DNA of 21,408 nucleotides from Myxococcota bacterium (GTDB taxonomy: Bacteria; Myxococcota_A; UBA796; GCA-2862545): the NCBI GenBank assembly GCA_039208735.1, contig JBCCQY010000166.1, forward strand, positions 1-21,408, read 5' to 3'. Positions 17,205-21,408 of this stretch are shown here, piece by piece. Each line of letters opens with the position of its first letter. Position 1 is the stretch's first letter. A program made the position numbers and the translations under genes. The notes beneath the pieces are model-generated. The model saw only the letters and a list, made by a program, of their open reading frames with translations, had not been told where the DNA came from and made no database searches.

Positions 17205-18134
17205 ATGAGCGACCGCATCACCGTGGCGATTGTCCAGACGACCCCTCGTTTCGACGACCTCGAGGGTTGCCTCGAGCGGCTCGAGGTCCGGACGCGGGAT
17301 GCGGCGGCGCAGGGAGCGGACCTGGTGACGCTCGGGGAGACCTTTGTACCAGGCTATCCGGCGTGGCTGGACGCCACGCCGGGAGCGGCCCTTTGGGACA
17401 GCGAACCGGTGAAGCAAGTCTTCGCTAACCTCCGTCGAAACAGCGTCGTGGTCGGGGGAACGGCCACGCAGCGCATGTCGGCGTTGGCTCGGGAACTCGG
17501 CATCACGCTGGTCGTAGGGGTCCACGAACGGGTGGAGCGAGGGCCTGGGGCGCACACGCTGTACAACAGCCTGCTCACCTTCACGCCGAACGGACAGCTC
17601 GCCAACCACCACCGCAAGTTGGTGCCTACGTATACCGAGCGCCTCGTGTGGGGGCCGGGGGACGGTCGGGGGCTGCGGGCCGTCGATGTGGACGGGACCC
17701 GCGTGACGTCGCTGGTCTGTTGGGAGCATTGGATGCCTTTGGCGCGGCAAGCGCTGCATGAAGAGGGCGAGCACGTTCACATTGCGGTGTGGCCAACGGT
17801 GCATGACCGCCATCAGCTTGCAAGCCGGCATTACGCGTTTGAAGGGCGTTGCTACGTGTTGGCGGCCGGGCAACTCGGTCGGGTGAAGGACTTGCCCGCC
17901 GGAGTACGGCCCACGGACCGCGACCCAGACGACTTCGTGTTGTCCGGAGGTAGCTGCATCTTTGCTCCCGATGGCAGCACGATCGTCGAACCGGTCTTCG
18001 AAGAAGACACGACCTTGCTCGCCGAACTCGACCTGTCGCGCGTCGACGCTGAAGCGATGACCCTCGATGTCACGGGGCATTACCATCGGCCCGATGTCTT
18101 TGACTTTACTGTGAAGGACCCCAAGGGCCGCTGA
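17205..18134 (+). CDS. Nitrilase (carbon-nitrogen hydrolase, branch 1-like)
   Basis: ATG 17205, 1 bp after the DM13 stop. Catalytic triad E (LGETFVPGYP), K (HHRKLVPT), C (VCWEHWMPLAR), plus YAFEGRCYV and LDVTGHYHRPD. Confidence 0.93.
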   Translation: MSDRITVAIVQTTPRFDDLEGCLERLEVRTRDAAAQGADLVTLGETFVPGYPAWLDATPGAALWDSEPVKQVFANLRRNSVVVGGTATQRMSALARELGITLVVGVHERVERGPGAHTLYNSLLTFTPNGQLANHHRKLVPTYTERLVWGPGDGRGLRAVDVDGTRVTSLVCWEHWMPLARQALHEEGEHVHIAVWPTVHDRHQLASRHYAFEGRCYVLAAGQLGRVKDLPAGVRPTDRDPDDFVLSGGSCIFAPDGSTIVEPVFEEDTTLLAELDLSRVDAEAMTLDVTGHYHRPDVFDFTVKDPKGR

Positions 18135-18137
18135 GAC

Positions 18138-19316
18138 TCACTTGCGAGCTGGCCAATGCCACGAGGGCTTGTCGAGCAGGCCTTGCCCTTCGAGCTGGGT
18201 CTCCCCGAAGTCTTTGACGAGGACGTGATGCAGGGCCTCGGGATGTTCGAGGAGCGCATCGGCAAGCGAGGTCGCGTGGGTCACCACCATCACCTGGCTG
18301 CGCTCGGCGGCTCGGCGGATCAAGCGCCCTAACGCCGGCAACAGATCGACGTGAAGGCTTGATTCCGGTTCGTTGAGGACCAACAGATCGGGCGGGTAGG
18401 CCGAAAGTAGGGCTGCAGCGAGCATCAAGAACCGCAGGGTCCCTTCCGACAACTCCGCGGCCGACAACGGACGAAGCATGCCCGGTTGGGTCATCTGAAG
18501 GCGCAAGAACGCCATGTCTTCATGAATCTGAACCGAAGACCCCGGAAACGCATCGTCGATGACCACACTAAACGCCTTGTACGCCCGATCGTGATCCGTG
18601 AGCTGCAGCGTGCGGATGGCCGCCGCAAGGTCCGAGCCATCTGCCGCCATCACCGGAGTCCAGGTGCCGACCTGGGGTCGTCGGCTCGGGGCTTCCCGGT
18701 CCGCCCGAAGCTGATCGTAAAAGCGCCACTCCCGGATGCGTTCGCGCAGCACCAGCACCTCGGGCGTGCGCACCGGGTCTGCGATGCGGGTCAGCAGGCT
18801 CTCGAACATCGGAACGTCGCGCTCGACCTCGGTCCACCGGCCCTCGTCGTCGGCCGAGAGCAACAGGCGTCGCTGTCGATCGGCAAGGGCGTTGTGGCGG
18901 TTTAGCGAGGGGCCGGCCCAAATCACCTCTCGTTTGATTTCAGGGTCCAGGTCGAAGGCGCGAGCGGTGTTCCTTGGGGGCGGTCCAAGTTCGAGGCTGT
19001 AGCCAAAGTCGTCCGAAGAGAAACCCAACCGCAAGTGGATGGGTTTCGTGCGGACCGTGCCTTGGATGGGCACTTGGCCGGTGCGCATGGCGCGGCTGAT
19101 CGTCTCAGGACCCGCCCACAACGTGGATTGCAGCCCTCCCTCTTGAGCCAGAGACCGGACGAGGCGGCCGTGGGCGGCGTCGTGAAGGAGGGTGAGACAG
19201 CGATAGAGGCTGGACTTTCCCGATCCGTTTGCGCCCGTGATGACCACGAGCGGTCCCAAGGGCACCAAAAGGTCACGCAACGACCGGTAGTTCGAGACGG
19301 CGAGGGTTCGCAGCAC
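18138..19316 (-). CDS. Predicted ABC/AAA_21-type ATPase (COG4637-like)
   Basis: From GTG 19316: MLRTLAVSNYRSL, Walker A GANGSGKS, signature LSEGTLRF, Walker B LLVLNEPE, H-loop VVTH. Confidence 0.88.
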   Translation of the reverse strand: MLRTLAVSNYRSLRDLLVPLGPLVVITGANGSGKSSLYRCLTLLHDAAHGRLVRSLAQEGGLQSTLWAGPETISRAMRTGQVPIQGTVRTKPIHLRLGFSSDDFGYSLELGPPPRNTARAFDLDPEIKREVIWAGPSLNRHNALADRQRRLLLSADDEGRWTEVERDVPMFESLLTRIADPVRTPEVLVLRERIREWRFYDQLRADREAPSRRPQVGTWTPVMAADGSDLAAAIRTLQLTDHDRAYKAFSVVIDDAFPGSSVQIHEDMAFLRLQMTQPGMLRPLSAAELSEGTLRFLMLAAALLSAYPPDLLVLNEPESSLHVDLLPALGRLIRRAAERSQVMVVTHATSLADALLEHPEALHHVLVKDFGETQLEGQGLLDKPSWHWPARK

Positions 19317-19477
19317 CCGATTCGGTAGCCGCTTGTACCGGTGTCGACCAGGCCACATGAAAACGACCGTTAGGGGTCGAGCCCGCAACGAATGTGTCAG
19401 CTGGACAATCTCTTGACAATGCGACGCTCGTGAAACCACCTGAGTCATGCGTCAGGATGCCGACCAGCACTCGCATC

Positions 19478-19493
19478 TAGACCACCTGGTCAA
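19478..19493. promoter_or_regulatory. Candidate palindromic transcription-factor operator
   Basis: TAGACCACCTGGTCAA (GACCA-N2-TGGTC) in the divergent intergenic region. A related TTGACC-GAATT-GGTCA lies at 19605-19620. Confidence 0.35.
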
Positions 19494-19631
19494 TCAGTGT
19501 CCGGCTTCTCATCCGTGCGTCAGGTCCGCAGGCGTTAGTTCACGCGCCCGAGGCAATGACCGTGGATCGTGGAAATTGCACGGAGCAGCTTAAGGACAAC
19601 CAGATTGACCGAATTGGTCAGGAGCACACTC

Positions 19632-21408
19632 ATGGGAACAAAGCGTGCGCTCGTCGCGATGCTTGCCCTCGCATTCATGTCCTGCGAGGGTGACGTCAAG
19701 GTCGATGACCCGACGGGCGAAACTGGCTTTCCGAGCCTCGACCAAGATGGCGACGGACTGACGGACGAAGAAGAAGACAAGCTTGGGACCAACCCCTTCG
19801 TCGCCGATACCGATGACGATGGGTTGACCGACTTCGAAGAAGTCAACGATACCAATACCGATCCCCTGGATGCCGACACCGACGGGGATGAGCTTGAAGA
19901 TGGGGAAGAGGTCAACACGACCTCCACCGATCCGCTTGATGCCGACAGCGATGACGACACACTAAATGATGGTGCCGAGGTCAACGACTTCGGTACCAAC
20001 CCGTTGGATGCCGATACCGACGACGACGGCCTGGATGATTCGGTCGAAGTCATGGGGCCGACCAATCCGATCGACGCCGACACCGACGACGACGGACTAA
20101 ATGATGGACGCGAGGTCAACGACACGCTGACCGACCCGACGGACGCCGATACCGACGCCGACGGTGTGATGGATGGCGAAGAGGTCGACAACCTCGAAAC
20201 GGATCCGCTCGACCCAGATACCGACGACGACGATGCGACGGACGGGGCCGAAGTTGCGGCCGGAACGAACCCCAAGGTGGTCGACACCGATGGGGGCGGG
20301 GCTGGCGATGGCCTCGAGTTGAGCATCGGCCTCGACCCCCTCGATGCCTCTGACGATGCTGGCGCGCTTGACGACGATGGTGACGGGGTTTCGAACCAGG
20401 TCGAACTCAACGAAGGCACCAACCCGAACGAGCCCGACACCGATTCGGATGGGCTCGACGACGGGCAGGAGCTGAACGTCTACAACACGGACCCGCTCAA
20501 CCCCGACAGCGATGGCGACACGCTGCTCGACGGCGATGAGGTCAACAACCTCAACACCGACCCGTCGAGCACCGACACCGATTCCGATGGTCTTGACGAC
20601 AACGTCGAGCTGAACGACACCCTCACCCGGGCCGACGTGTTCGACACCGACGGTGACGGGCTCGGTGATGGTGACGAGGTCAACATCCACGGTACGCTCC
20701 CGCTCGTCGGCGACACGGATGCGGATGGCCTTAGTGATGGTCAAGAGGTCAACCTCTTCCCGACCAATCCGCTCGACCCTGACTCGGACGGCGACGGTCT
20801 GCTCGACGGCGTGGAAGTCTCGACCTCGGCGACGAACCCGGTCGATGCGGACTCCGACGACGACGGGCTCGAAGACGGGCGTGAAGTCAACGATACGAAC
20901 ACCGACCCGAACGACCGAGACAGTGATGGTGACGGCCTCGAAGACGGTCCGGAGGTCGATCAGTTCGGCTCGGATCCGAACGATACCGACAGCGACGGCG
21001 ATGGCCTCGATGACGGCGAGGAAGTCAACACCTACGGCTCCGACCCCACGCTGACCGACAGCGATGGCGACAACCTCGACGACAACGCCGAGGTGAACCA
21101 GTTCGGCACGAACCCAGCCCTCGCCGACACCGACGGGGATGGCCTGAACGACGACTTCGAGCTGAATTCGACGCCACCGACGAATGCGTTGCTCGCCGAC
21201 ACCGATGGTGACGGGCTGTCGGACGGTGAAGAAGTCAATGTTCGGATGACCGATCCGAACAACATCGACACTGACGGAGACGGACTCAACGACGGGGCCG
21301 AGGTCAACGCGGTTCCCGAGACGAACCCGCTCCTTGACGATACCGATGGCGATGGGCTGACCGACGGCGTCGAGGTCAACCAGACGGGCACCGACCCGAC
21401 CCTCGACG
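19632..21408 (+). CDS. Large lipoprotein with tandem Asp-rich Ca2+-binding (bacterial TSP3-like) repeats; runs off the right edge
   Basis: Absent from the ORF track because there is no stop. AGGAG RBS, ATG 19632, MGTKRALVAMLALAFMSC lipobox-like signal, then an open frame of DTDGDGLxDGxEVNxxxTDPxxx repeats to the window end. Confidence 0.9.
   Translation, partial: MGTKRALVAMLALAFMSCEGDVKVDDPTGETGFPSLDQDGDGLTDEEEDKLGTNPFVADTDDDGLTDFEEVNDTNTDPLDADTDGDELEDGEEVNTTSTDPLDADSDDDTLNDGAEVNDFGTNPLDADTDDDGLDDSVEVMGPTNPIDADTDDDGLNDGREVNDTLTDPTDADTDADGVMDGEEVDNLETDPLDPDTDDDDATDGAEVAAGTNPKVVDTDGGGAGDGLELSIGLDPLDASDDAGALDDDGDGVSNQVELNEGTNPNEPDTDSDGLDDGQELNVYNTDPLNPDSDGDTLLDGDEVNNLNTDPSSTDTDSDGLDDNVELNDTLTRADVFDTDGDGLGDGDEVNIHGTLPLVGDTDADGLSDGQEVNLFPTNPLDPDSDGDGLLDGVEVSTSATNPVDADSDDDGLEDGREVNDTNTDPNDRDSDGDGLEDGPEVDQFGSDPNDTDSDGDGLDDGEEVNTYGSDPTLTDSDGDNLDDNAEVNQFGTNPALADTDGDGLNDDFELNSTPPTNALLADTDGDGLSDGEEVNVRMTDPNNIDTDGDGLNDGAEVNAVPETNPLLDDTDGDGLTDGVEVNQTGTDPTLD
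19740..21408 (+). repeat. About 24 degenerate 22-24-aa (~69 bp) coding repeats
   Basis: Manual translation, e.g. DTDDDGLTDFEEVNDTNTDPLDA / DSDGDGLEDGPEVDQFGSDPNDT / DTDGDGLTDGVEVNQTGTDPTLD. One longer unit lies near 20285-20370. Confidence 0.9.

Noticed and set aside
18138..19316. ATPase as part of a defence system (OLD/Gabija/Septu/PARIS-like)
   Set aside because: No partner nuclease, TOPRIM or DUF4435 gene is adjacent; it looks like a stand-alone COG4637-type protein.
19535..21391. Ser-rich minus-strand ORFs (19535..20440, 20097..20744, 21032..21391)
   Set aside because: Antisense shadows of the Asp-rich plus-strand repeat gene.
19740..21408. Roughly 69-bp periodic sequence as a possible CRISPR array
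   Set aside because: Units are degenerate at synonymous positions, keep one open reading frame, and lack identical repeats with unique spacers. No cas genes are present.

Overview
GC-rich bacterial chromosomal segment whose gene content suggests Myxococcota (inference from the MglA/roadblock module, the eukaryote-like Ser/Thr kinase-STAND-TPR gene and an orphan MotB/OmpA lipoprotein). I saw no RNA genes, CRISPR array or mobile element. Left to right: the 5' part of an oadG-oadA Na+-pumping decarboxylase operon; an OmpA/MotB lipoprotein; a kinase-ATPase-TPR gene divergent from a five-gene Mgl-like module (MglA GTPase, DUF4388/TPR protein, small hypothetical protein, two roadblock proteins). 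Next comes a minus-strand cluster of GNAT, a 2-TM protein, a 58-aa Pup-like peptide ending in GGE, a PafA/Dop-family ligase with an internal transmembrane insertion, and a vWA protein. The rest is a PIG-L/LmbE deacetylase, a degenerate trypsin-like protein, a DM13 lipoprotein, a nitrilase, a COG4637-like ATPase and the start of a large lipoprotein with about 24 Asp-rich Ca-binding repeats. The highlight is a minimal, apparently membrane-anchored pupylation-like tagging system with no proteasome, ARC or second PafA/Dop gene in the window.
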